Origin: Nitrospirales bacterium
GTDB lineage: Bacteria > Nitrospirota > Nitrospiria > Nitrospirales > UBA8639
Length of the DNA: 64,000 nt
Reading direction: 5' to 3'
Assembly: GCA_965203295.1 (NCBI GenBank)
Contig: CBDBCZ010000017.1
Location: 384,001 to 448,000 of the forward strand
Numbering within the stretch: the first letter of the stretch is position 1; each line of letters opens with the position of its first letter. A program made the translations under genes and the position numbers. Shown here piece by piece: positions 1 to 24,600 of this stretch. The notes beneath the pieces are model-generated. The model had not been told where the DNA came from and ran no database searches. It saw only the letters and a program-made list of their open reading frames with translations.

Positions 1-213
1 CCACAGACAGACACAGAGGTCCATTCAAATGGATACTAGTTATAGAATTTTAAAAGTTGGTAAAAGTGGTGACGTTTTAATAGCTATAGGACCCAATCTG
101 GCTCCACTGGGAATTTTAAAAATTTAAGCATGCATATCTGCCAAATTAAACCACATACATACATCATACATATTGGAGTGCCTAATGATGTAGAGAACCG
201 CAGAGAAGCACTT

Positions 214-933
214 TTCTTCGTCATTATGCACTCCTGTATGTACATGTATGTACTATGTACGCTACCTATTTCTTCGTCATTATGCACTCCTGTATGTACA
301 TGCATGTACTATGTACGCTACCTATTTCTTCGTCATTATGCACTCCTGTATGTACATGCATGTACTATGTACGCTACCTATTCCTTCGTCATTATGCACT
401 CCTGTATGTACATGCATGTACTATGTACGCTACCTATTTCTTCGTCATTATGCACTCCTGTATGTACATGCACGTACTATGTACGCTACCTATTCCTTCG
501 TCATTATGCACTCCTGTATGTACATGCATGTACTATGTACGCTACCTATTTCTTCGTCATTATGCACTCCTGTATGTACATGCATGTACTATGTACGCTA
601 CCTATTTCTTCGTCATTATGCCCTCCTGTATGTACATGTATGTACTATGTACGCTACCTATTTCTTTGTCATTATGCACTCCTGTATGTACATGAATGTA
701 CCATGTATGCTACCTATTTCTTCGTCATTATGCACTCCTGTATGTACATGAATGTACCATGTATGCTACCTATTTCTTCGTCATTATGCACTCCTGTATG
801 TACATGCACGTACTATGTACGCTACCTATTTCTTCGTCATTATGCACTCCTGTATGTACATGAATGTACCATGTATGCTACCTATTTCTTCGTCATTATG
901 CACTCCTGTATGTACATGTATGTACTATGTACG

Positions 934-941
<8 letters not shown>
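214..941. repeat. Tandem minisatellite, 13 x 56 bp
   Basis: Unit TTCTTCGTCATTATGCACTCCTGTATGTACATGCATGTACTATGTACGCTACCTAT recurs at 214, 270, 326... with a few substitutions and no spacers; 728 bp / 56 = 13. It accounts for the C/M/Y-rich ORFs at 84-982. Confidence 0.97.
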
Positions 942-9171
<8,230 letters not shown>

Positions 9172-9753
9172 CTGTAAGTACCGACACGCAGGTGCATACA
9201 AGGATATGTTGTGACTGCTTTCAGCTAATGAGTATATAGCCGTAGAGGATTTCCTAACATCCGTTATTGCATATATCATGCACAACAAACAATCACCAAG
9301 GACAGAGGAGGTACGTCAACGTCACATGCAAATGTCAACTAGTCACATGACTCGCAAGCATATCAAGTGATCTTAGCGGAAAAGCAGTTCTGTGCATTTG
9401 TGCATCACCTTCTTGGGAGGCTTTCCAGCTATTAACTGATATAAATTAGCAAGCAATACTTTCTGCCATCATTGAAGGCGTCTACCGTACTTCTACTGAG
9501 TGGCTTAATGATATACCCTTGAAGTTGAGCCCGATCTTCAGCTTGTCTACAAAAAGTGAGTCTTTTGAACAGCTGAGCCCCTCTGAGCATAGTCAGAAAA
9601 TCGAGGTTTTAGTTGCCAACTACACTTGTACGCATGCATAATAGCTAAATTAACTGCATGCTAGTGCATGTCGTAATGCATATTTCAAACCTTGATGTAC
9701 CTCCTCCGCACCAAGGGATAGTTTCCTACATATAACTAGTGCATAAACGTTTG

Positions 9754-10307
9754 TAGTCTCGCGGGCCAGACGATTAAAGTACGTCTGGTCACGTTTGCCA
9801 CGTTTTTGCAAACGTAGCCGGAATGTGGGCGACACCAATCAGTTGCAGAGCGTTCAATTATTACAAAGCTCTTACGTATTAGTCACATGACAGTCTGTCC
9901 TTTTCAAACGAGATGTTATCAAGAAGAAAGTGTTAGCGAAAGGTTCGAGTTAGTTATGCTTCGGCCGAACCAGGAACGAGTAATAAGTTTGAAAATAAAT
10001 GACGGTTTCCGTCGCTGGTCCTTAAGTACATCGAGCAAAATAGGAAGCACATGCTCTGTAGACTCACTGTGATGATTCCGACGTTCCTTCGCCTTCACCG
10101 CTGACTGACAAAGCAAGCACATCTCTACCGACTGTCCATATCGTGATTATAAGGCGAGAGTCTATTAGCTTCACATAATAATATTGCGTTCTGCCACGTG
10201 AAAATGACATTGCGTCACGTGCACTACATTCCATTGCGTAACGGAAACGTGGCTAAGGTGGCCAGACGTAACTTCCCACAACAAAAATCGTCTGGCCCGC
10301 GAGACTA
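9754..10307. mobile_element. Non-autonomous TIR element (AcademH-like), 554 bp
   Basis: TIRs TAGTCTCGCGGGCCAGACGATT / AATCGTCTGGCCCGCGAGACTA; perfect 9-bp TSD AAACGTTTG at 9745-9753 and 10308-10316. Confidence 0.9.
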
Positions 10308-10945
10308 AAACGTTTGCAAAAGGGCTCAAAATGGAATCAAGCGATCAAGGTACTTTTCAGGACAAGATCAAGATGCAGTCTGAGCAACAAAAAATCCAAG
10401 GATCAACAATCAGTCTCAGAAACTAAGGAAACAGGGCTAAAATTAGGTCCTTCAGGCAAACACCCGAATTAAAATCAAGCGATCAAGAAGTTTGGAAAGA
10501 GCGATCAAGAGATCAAGGACGACTTTCGCTGATCAAAACTCTTGATTCCATTCATCATGAACGTTTCTACGGGCAAATTATGTAGCCTCGTTCCCAGTCC
10601 TTTCCCATCCAGCTTTTATTACTCGGAGATAAAAGCCGGGGTGGTAAGGACTGGGAATGAGGCTAAGTCCTTGATCGATATCACTGACTACATCTCTCTG
10701 ATCAAGCTGTTACATGTGCATGTGTGAATGTAAAGTCGCCTGTGACAGTCTTACCTCGTTATGATGATATATAAGTGAGCTGATGGAACCCACCTAGAGG
10801 CTCGAGCTTGTACATGCTAGCTGCATGTTGCAAACTGCACAGTCAGCGAAGTCGCTTAACATTCTTTTCAAAGCGCACCATAGCTGGTGAGCGCTAAATG
10901 GAATGGCGTCGGACACTGTCCATTATCGGGAATCTAGGATACAGG

Positions 10946-13900
10946 ATGGCGAAATCGAAGTTTGAATACGTCAAAAAGTTTGAACAGAATGACAGCTGTT
11001 TACCCAACACTTGGCTGGTGGTCAGGCTAGATGGGCGATGCTTTCATAAGTAAACAGATCCGACTAGTGATTGTTTTGCAGCTAAACTTCTTAGGACAGT
11101 ACCACATATACATATATGTCAGTATTTCACCATAGATAATAGAGCACTATTATCTATGGTTTCACTTAGGAATAATTCACGAAAAGCATCATAGGTGAAA
11201 GTGCATATTAAACAGCACCGTTTGATGGGCATTCATAATACGAAATATGTGCCACGTACCTGCCCCAAAATTCTATAACTCCCAAGCTTTTTTTTTGTTC
11301 TTTGGGTATTTTTTGCTTGCGTGTGCAAAGTAATGCTAAATGGTCTGAAAAAAACGGGTGCAAGCGGAAGGCCACACCCCTTAAAGTTCTAGTACTAGTT
11401 AACTAACATTTTTTTTGCTCCTACTAAAATTAACACTTTCTGTTTTTAGTTTCAGTTAACTAAAACAACGCTACAATCTCTGCCACTCCTCCAGGTTCTC
11501 TGAGGAACACGGCTTTCGCAAGCCGAACGACGACCAGGCTCTGGGGCTGATGAACGAGTGTGCCGAGAGAGTCATGAGGGAGTACCCTGATATCGTCATA
11601 TCGTATGGGCAGAGCGACGAATACAGGTGATGAGAGGAGCGTATCATCATTTCATTTTACATGGTTAATTTCTTGGTAACTATTCATAGTACTAGTATTG
11701 TAGCCTGATAAACGAGTGTGCCAAGAGAGTCATGAGGGAGTACCCTGATATCGTCATATCGTATGGGCAGAGCGACGAATACAGGTGATGAGAGGAGCGT
11801 ATCATCATTTTATTTTACGCGGTTTCTTGGTAACTATTCATAGTACTAGTATTGTAGCCTCGTTCCCAGGCTCTCTGCCCAGCTTTTTTTCGCACGTAGT
11901 AAAATAAGCGGTCAGCTTATTTCACTACGTGAGAAAAAAAGCTGGGCAAAGAGCCTGGGAACGAGGCTATACTAGTATTGTGCGTGTTATCATAGTATAC
12001 ATGAGTAATTAATAGGGTGGGTGTTTAAGTGGGTTAAAGCCCTCTGTTGATACTCAGCTCTAATTCTCCCCACACTTATAAGTAAAATAGACACGAGGGA
12101 CTCGTTTAACCTACTTGAACACCCCTGGAACCATGCAGAAGTGCTAGTTTAGTCTGGCTAGGCCCTGGACTCATTTAACACTTTTTTGTTGAATGCCTCC
12201 AGGGTGTCTATCCTAGCTATATTAGTTGTATGCATGTATGTAGATATTTGGTATGATTTCTTGATAGCTTCCTTGTTATAGTTATAATGTACACAATGTC
12301 ATGAGATTTGTGAGATGGTTGGTGAAACTTCACAGCTAATTTTCCCATTTCTCCAGCTTTGTACTAAAGAGGAATACAACTTTGTTCAGTCGAAGAGCAA
12401 GGTCTGTACACACAGTGTTCAATCCTACGTATTATTTATTATAATGTTACACTGCTAAAAGGAAGTAGTTTGCTTTAACTCATGTTATAGCCCGTTGCTA
12501 GGTGGTTGCTAAGTTTATAGAGGCCCTATAAATTAATCAGCAACATACCCCCAGAAGAGCTGAATCAGCTATATCTGGTGTGAAGCGTGGCTATATCAGG
12601 TGTAAAGAGTGCCTATATAAATTCAAAGGCAATCACCTAGCAATGGGCTATAAATCTGTTATATCACCCTTCCACTCGTGATGTTGCAGTTTATAAGCCC
12701 TCCCCCTCAGGCGCTAGGGCCCGCTTATAAATCAGCAACATCACTCGTGAGGGTGATATAACTAATACTAAGCTTACGTCAGTTGCAGCTCCAGTACCAG
12801 AGAATGCTACGCTTTTGACGTTTATCACGGAATTTGTTATAATAGCATGTGCCATTTCCCCATCTCGCTATCTACGCCCGTGCCATAGCAAGATCATGAC
12901 CACCCTGGTGTCCTACTTTGCTGCCTCCTACGTGTTCCGATGGCCCCAGTTCTTCCCGACCACGCCCCTGAAGTACCCCCCGGCTTTCGACGGCAGGGTG
13001 GTCCTCTACCCCTCCGTGAAGAATCTGAGAGACTACCTCAGCTGGAGACAGGCCGACTGTGAGTGTACGGGATGCTTTTAGTATGGCTTTACATAAATAG
13101 ATTTAGTTTTAGTGGTGATGAACAACATTTACTTTTGTTTTTTTTAGTCAACTAAAAAGAACAAAGGTTACTAAAATGCTTTTAATATTAGTTCACGATA
13201 ACTAAATGGTTGATTTTGGTGAAATAATTATTAGTTTAGTTGTAGTTTATTCCCAGGGGCCAGTACCCTTGAAGTTTCTGTGTTAGTTAAGTAAATCTGT
13301 TTTTGCTCCTACTAAAACACTTTTTGTTTTTAGTTTCAGTTAACTAAAACAACACTTAGTTGAACCTATATAAAGTGGTCACCCTCGGGCCAGTGTTTTA
13401 TGGCTGCAATATATAAGCAGTAGCTGTGCTACAGAGGTCCATTATGTATGTTGGTGTCGTTTTTAGTTTTCTGTTTGTTAAATAATTATACTATGCTCCT
13501 ACTTAAAGACCTATTAATTTCAGTTTCAGTTATTAAAAAAGCCGAGGGCGGCCATGGAAAGTAAGCTATAATGTAATACTCTTTTCACCAAAATTATGGC
13601 CAAATGATAAATCGTACTAAAAGTGGTTAGCAAACTAAGTAGTATTTAGATACCAGTTGGCAGTGCATTACGGGATATAGTTAGCACGCTCGGACAATTA
13701 AGTAACGGTCGAGGGCGGATAATGCATGAGCCGAAGCTAGTCCCATAATGCACTGCCAACTGGTATCTAAAGTATTTAGTTCACTCACTGACCTGAGACA
13801 GCCACGGTTCTGTTGGGCGTTATTTAGAAAAGTGTGCACTAAGTTTGTTAATGCACACTTAAGTGTGCATTAAGCGATTTAACGTGCGGTCATGTGATCG

Positions 13901-15803
13901 AGTTTGAGACTTCTGATTCGTCGAAGGTCACGTGAGTAGCACTAAGACTATTTTAACATCTAGAATTTCAAAACCTTTCATTTAAACACATAAGCCATGA
14001 TACAAAAAAAATACTGGATCATCTATCCTTCGATGTACCCCATGCACCTTCTGTGAATGTGAGCTTGGGTGCTATACCCCATAGAAAGTTTATAGCCGAT
14101 CCCATTAAACTTATGCGTACACGTGCAATACAGTGATGTGATAGTTTGACTGATTCATCCAGGCCACATCAACAATCAGTACAACACTTGCTTCTGGTCT
14201 CTTGTCCACTCTGGAGTCTCCACTACTGATGCTGAGAAGAGACTGTGTGTGAGTGTACTAGACTCTTTCCCAGGCTCTCCCCATAATATTTATACACACG
14301 TATACTGACTAAAACTTTTGAATTAGGTACTTATTTTTATGATTTGCCAATGATTCGGTATTATGCTATAGTTAATATGCTGGTGTGTTGAAGTGAAATT
14401 CTCAGCTTAGCTAATGGTATTCAATCCCATCATGAAAAGTGGTCCAATATCATCAGACTAAGCTAACCCTAACCGTAACCCTAACCCTAACCCTAACCCT
14501 AACCGTAACCCTAACCCTAACCCTAACCCTAACCCTAACCTTCTTTAGGGGACCCTGACTTCTGACAAAAATGAGCTCCTCTTCTCCGAGTTCGGTATCA
14601 ACTACAACGACCTTCCACAGCTCTACCGCAAGGGAACAACCCTCATTTGGCACACTGTCACCGAGAAGGTGAATAGTTAGCCTCACTCTAGATCTCTGGG
14701 CCTTTTCAGAAAAAATAATTGTCTGTTTTTTCAACAGGACCAAGGAATGAGGCTATAGGTAAATGTAGGATGTATGAGCAAGCAATGGTGCTTTGCTTAC
14801 TCATGGCTTACTCATGTAAAGACCTGGGAAGTAATGGGCTCTTTATTACCAGCATGTCATTTAAAAATGTACACTCTGTTTCTCAGGTTCCAGTGAAGAT
14901 GCCTCCCAAGCAGCCAGAAGGAGGTGCAAGAAACTCTTCTCAGCTTGACCAAGGCAAGGCTATTCGTCCAACGGATGCCCAAAGTGGTCTACTATCTAAT
15001 GGGGGTGTGTAGTAGTTGAGAATTGTACTACTAACAAAGTGGTCTACTATCTAATGGGGGAGTGTAGCAGTTGAGAATTGTACTACTAACAAAGTGGTCT
15101 GCTATCTAATGGGGGTGTGTAGCAGTTGAGAATTGTACTACTAACAAAGTGGTCTACTATCTGATGGGGGTGTGTAGCAGTTGAGAATTGTACTACTAAC
15201 AAAGTGGTCTACTATCTAATGGGGGTGTGTAGCAGTTGAGAATTGTACTACTATCAAAGTGGTCTACTATCTAATGGGGGTGTGTAGCAGTTGAGAATTG
15301 TACTACTAACAAAGTTTCACATCAAATTCAGCTGATTTACAATGTGCAATGTCCTTATATACATGGCATAGAAGGAGCATGATATAAGTCAGGCAAGGCT
15401 ACCTACCTGGGGTACCTACAAAAACCATAGGTTATAAGGATGAGTAGAGGTGAGAGCGGTACAGTCAGCTGGTGGTAGAACATAACCAAATAAGGAAATT
15501 AAGAGATACTATTAAATACCTAATAAGTGATGCAAGTAACTAAATACAAATAAACACCTTAAGTCATATCGATAGAAAAAAGGCCATTACAAAATAAGTG
15601 TAAATAAGTACAGTTACATGTTCACTACAGGTGCAAGCTCCACCGCTCTGAGCGCAACCCAACACTATGTGGAACAGAGTGACAAAGTAGAAGATCGTTT
15701 CAGTGAGCGGAGGCGGAAGGAAGTTAAAGCAATGCATGTGGACATTATTGGAGATCAGTTTTGGACAGAACATCCAGAAATCATTGGTAGTGACTGTCCC
15801 TAG
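10946..15803 (+). CDS. THG1L: tRNA(His) guanylyltransferase (Thg1 family 3'-5' polymerase)
   Basis: Exons 10946-11049 ([35 protein letters not shown]), 11495-11626 ([12 protein letters not shown]...YGQSDEYS), 12357-12401, 12889-13058 ([13 protein letters not shown]...DYLSWRQAD), 14163-14248 ([12 protein letters not shown]), 14549-14668 ([15 protein letters not shown]...RKGT), 14887-~14953, 15631-15803 ([10 protein letters not shown]...*). All hallmark Thg1 motifs are present and the phases are consistent. Confidence 0.96.
11855..11969. mobile_element. Palindromic MITE (TAGCCTCGTTCCCAGG...CCTGGGAACGAGGCTA) in THG1L intron 2
   Basis: Almost fully self-complementary; flanked by direct repeat TACTAGTATTG (11844-11854 and 11970-11980). 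A related copy lies at ~10582-10665. Confidence 0.85.
13650..13945. mobile_element. Dispersed repeat with internal hairpin; second copy at ~29533-29822
   Basis: ATACCAGTTGGCAGTGCATTAC...AATGCACTGCCAACTGGTAT inverted arms followed by CTCACTGACCTGAGACAGCCAC...GGTCACGTGAGTAGCA, shared between THG1L intron 4 and receptor copy 3 intron 4. Confidence 0.75.
14463..14540 (+). repeat. Interstitial telomere-type (CCCTAA)n tract
   Basis: About 12-13 CCCTAA/CCGTAA units ending 8 nt before the first base of THG1L exon 6. Confidence 0.95.
14981..15315. repeat. Tandem minisatellite, 6 x 55 bp, in the last THG1L intron
   Basis: AAAGTGGTCTACTATCTAATGGGGGTGTGTAGCAGTTGAGAATTGTACTACTAAC at 14981, 15036, 15091, 15146, 15201 and 15256. 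Confidence 0.95.
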
Positions 15804-15864
15804 TATCTATCAGTAGTTTGTAATGCAGTTTTAAATTTGGTTAAAAAATGGTCTTATGTCCAGT

Positions 15865-16067
15865 AAGGTCTCAGCTTTAATACTATAAAAGAGGGGGGCC
15901 TAATTATTAAATTGATGTTATCGTGTGTCAGATCAGAAAATCTTGTACTCAATAATATTGAGTACAAGATTTTCTGATATATTGAGTACAAGATTTTCTG
16001 ATCTGACACACGATGACATCAATTAATAATTAGGCCCCCTCTTTTATAGTATTAAAGCTGAGACCTT
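15865..16067. mobile_element. Foldback/MITE-like ~200-bp inverted repeat between the convergent 3' ends of THG1L and receptor copy 1
   Basis: AAGGTCTCAGCTTTAATACTATAAAAGAGGGGG...GTGTGTCAGATCAGAAAATCTTGTACTCAATA pairs with TATTGAGTACAAGATTTTCTGATCTGACACAC...CCCCCTCTTTTATAGTATTAAAGCTGAGACCTT. Confidence 0.85.
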
Positions 16068-16439
16068 TAACTCATTTTAAGAGTAATCTGAACATTGGGA
16101 GGCCTAGGGGTAAGTTGAATTTTACCACTCTAATTCTCAGCCCTTCAATTTTATTATGCAAAATTAATGATTTTTAAATTATTGTCATTGTGTTAATTAG
16201 ACGACTTCAACAGTTCATAATTCAACAGTATAATATTATATATTTCACAATCATACATTTAATCACTTCACATGCACCAGTGTTACAGCAGAGTTTCGAT
16301 GCATACAGTTACATAGCTGAAATACAAACTGTCTGATCTTAGTGCATTTATTTTGCAAATGATTTTTATTGCAATAATTATGTTAAAGACTTCAATATTT
16401 CATAACTCAACAGTATATATTTCACAATCATACAATTAA

Positions 16440-20925
<4,486 letters not shown>

Positions 20926-20991
20926 GTTCATAGCGACAGGCACCGCCCACCAAATTTCGCCCACCGGGGTCACTGCACTGTCTTAATTACT

Positions 20992-21001
20992 GTCATGTGA
21001 C
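20992..21001. promoter_or_regulatory. E-box/M-box-type motif GTCATGTGAC upstream of receptor paralogs
   Basis: Same 10-mer at 27552-27561 and 61494-61503; variants GTCACGTGAT at 33270 and GTCATTTGAC at 37891, ~42556 and ~53789, all 50-135 bp 5' of the ATG. A GC box (CCGCCC/CACGCCC) lies nearer the ATG. Confidence 0.45.
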
Positions 21002-21686
21002 ACAGATTGTCGTTTGGTATAACTCAGACTGTCAGAGACAGGCGCTCACGCGTAGATAGGCTACCACTAAACATGGTGTGTGCATTGCGGCACGCTAATA
21101 ACATGCAGATTCCAAATTAATAATAATTTAAAAGTATTAATCACTGTCAAATCAATGATTTTCAATAATGCTTAAATGCCACAAGATATAAAACCAAATC
21201 AAATACATGTATTCTACAAAAATGACATAAAGGGAACCAACATTAAGCAACATCATCAATAATCCTAACCTGTACAGTAAATTAAATAATCAACTGAAAA
21301 GTTAAGTGTGAAAGACACATAAGAGACATATTCTAAGGGCAGGCTCTTAAATCTTGTATAAAACTCTATAACTATAAATAAGGAAACTGAACAATAGTAA
21401 TAAAATACAAAAATACAGAGCACCAGTCAAATCACTGTGATACAGTAATCTAACGCATGCACAAATACGTATACTAAATAAGGAATCTTTTACATATTAA
21501 TGTTTGAAACTAAAAACAGTAAATGTTTCAGTAGGAGCATAAGCAAATTAATTAACTTACTTGGGAATAAACTATAACTACTTTTTTCCCAAAATCAATA
21601 CATTTATTTACGGTTAACTAAAACTAAAACGAAACCTTTGTTCTTTTTACTAAAAGGAAATCTAATTATGTGAAGCCATTCTAAAA

Positions 21687-24600
21687 TTACACCTGCACCA
21701 GGTCCTGTGTTACAGTAGAGCTTTGATGCATACATGTACTACCGCAGTTACAGTGCTTGGATATAAACTGTTTGATCTTGGTAATCTTTACTACATAGAT
21801 TAGATTGACAACGGGATACAGTGCAAAGACTACTAAGCTAAAGTTCACTGGCACCTCAGTTTCTGGTCTCTCGTATGTTTTTTCACATACTCTTCCACCA
21901 GGAGCTTCACATGACAAGTACCCCAACAGTTCCATACTGAAGCTTGTGCCCACAGTACCTAGTGAGGACAGTGCCACAGTACTGCCAAGGCAAACTGCAT
22001 AGTAGACAAACGTGACGAGTACTTTGAGTTCGGCTGTACTCATCAGAAGAGACGAACGCAGCACTGCTTTAAAACTCTGCAGATGGAAAAACAAAATTAA
22101 TATTATATGTGTAACTATCATTGTTAATCTGCCTATGAATTGTTGTGCATGTTGAACTCCTGTGCCTGACTTGATAAAATGGATGCAATATGTATCCATG
22201 CATGATTCAAAGCAGAAGCTAGATACAAGCTAGGAGTTTGCAGAATATAGCTCCATGCACATATGATTGTACAACACTGTGCTCAGTTTTGCTTATTTGG
22301 AACGCTTTGATACAAGGACCTCAAAGCCTATCCCAAAGCGCTACAGGTGAGGGCTTATATTTTAGGTAATAAACCCTTAATTCTTGAAAAAGTAGAGTAA
22401 TTACCTTTCCACTTTGCTCTCTTCTTTTCTTCCGAACGATTCGTATTATTACCCACAAAATGACGACAGTGAGGGAGAGACTGATGGCCAGTGTAATACA
22501 GACAGGCCAAATAATGCCATATGTGACAACACTGCTGGGCCTTGGGAAACATGTTATAGGTGGGAACCGGCCATACTTTCCTTTGTCAAAAGCTACAATT
22601 ATAGCACTCCATGGCAATATCAGAGCCAACAGCAGCATTGTCAGGTGGACATACTTGTGGTAGCCCTTTAGTTTATAAGATCTTGCGTGAAATGGAAACA
22701 CCACTGCCCAAAACACCGACAGAATGTGAAAGCAGGTAAACATAGCGAGCAGCAGAGGGGTGTAGATGAACATAATGGCTGTGAGCAAGAGCAAGATATA
22801 TCATGCAAGACATAAATATAGCTTTAATTGGCAATGAAAGAAGGCCATACAACAGGTATATAATGTTGCATGCAGGAGAATACGTATCCATACAGAGAAA
22901 CTTATTCAACACTATATATATGGCTCATGCGCATATTAAATCTTAAAGGTTAGATGTAATTAACCCTCCGTGGAACTAATATAATGGCAAACCTTGAAAC
23001 TTGCAAAAAGTTGTTGGATTTCGAATACTCTCAACCAGGTCTCGAAACGGGCAGAAGAGTGCCTTGCGGTCAAAGTATCCTACTAACACAGTCAATTCCA
23101 GAACTCCCAATGTGGCAGTGCCGTACACAATGAAGATTGACGGGAACTTTAATCTGAAAATAGTTAGAAACATCTCAGAATCTTGAACACTGTTCCACAT
23201 ATCCACCTGCTTAGGGTTACATGCAGGCCTAACCCCTTTCAAGAGTATAATATGCTATTTTAGTGTTATTTTCCAGCAAAATGGAAACTTCAATCTGCAA
23301 ATATAGTGAGGAAAAATGGACATGCACATCTCAGAATCTCGAACACTGTTTCACATCTCTAGCTGCTAAGGATTACATGCAGGCCTACCTTTTTACACAC
23401 TACAATTTTTCCACGTGCATGCACATAATGCTAAATTACGATCAGCGTATGCGAATACTAGTTACAAATTTAATGTTTCCTTATCAAAATTATAATGTTT
23501 GCAATGAACACATGGTAATCTAGTGAACTGATTAAAAATTTTGCTGCTGAAATTAATAGTCTTGCAGTTACAGATTAGCAGTAGAGCAAGTACAAAGCAC
23601 ACAGTGTCACCTGCATGGCTGGTCTTGAAACTGATTTACATTTTCTATGTCTGTTTATTTTTCAGTTTGTCTGCATATACTCACATCGCCCCCATAAAAT
23701 TTAAAAGCTGATACCTTCAGTGTTACAGTAGCGACTGCATGTAGTGTGTGGGTGATCACAGACCCCTAGATTCAGGGGCCTGTGAAAAAAAAATTGGAAC
23801 GAAAAGTGCTAAAGAGGGTCTGATACAGAATAATGTGTATTCTGCTGAATTTCAGAGGGTCGAATCTCTCTATTTATACTCCTGGCCCACAACTGACAGT
23901 AGCCACCCCTCTCAAAGTAATCCTGGACCAGCCACTGCCTTCAAATGTACACAGGCTATACTGTAACAATTCCCGTCCCACCCCAAACTATTTGACTCAT
24001 CAAACACTCAGCTAAGTTGGGGTATTATTACGGCCACAGTGTTGGAAACTGCATATATAGCGAATGCACACAGGCTACTATAGTATACTGTAACAATCCC
24101 CCCAGCCCAATCTATCTGTTTGACCCATTAAACACTCTCATTATTACGGCCACAGTGTTGAATTACTGCATGGCAGAAGTATACTCACACATTCTTGTAG
24201 TGAATGCAGGAGAGAACCAGGAGCACTGCTGCACCGATAAAGAAAACTGTAGCCATTATGATCACCATCGCGTCAATGGGAATGTAAGTGCCATAGGAGA
24301 ATGCCTCCCACACACCACACTCGGGCCTGCATATCCCATCCAGATCCCGGTAGAAGCCACCACTGCACATTATTGGCTCTGGAAGATCTGCACTAGTTGT
24401 GTTCACTGAAATTAAAAGAGTGTATAGTATATAATGTGAGCATGCATATGCATGTTCTGTGCAAACCGAGTCCTGGTATAATAGCTTTATTGACAGCTTT
24501 GAGCAATTCAGTCATTTATCTTTACAGGTGGAGTAAACACTTTTTGAGGGAACAATGTTTGCTGACTGTAATACCTATACGTAGATAGTGCTTGATCATA

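Noticed and set aside
9360..9730. Additional upstream exons of the coiled-coil gene, or a separate gene
   Set aside because: Short coding-looking stretches on the minus strand are interrupted by stops and could not be linked with consistent phases.
14453..14743. Val-Arg dipeptide-repeat ORF
   Set aside because: Antisense reading of the telomeric tract and THG1L exon 6.
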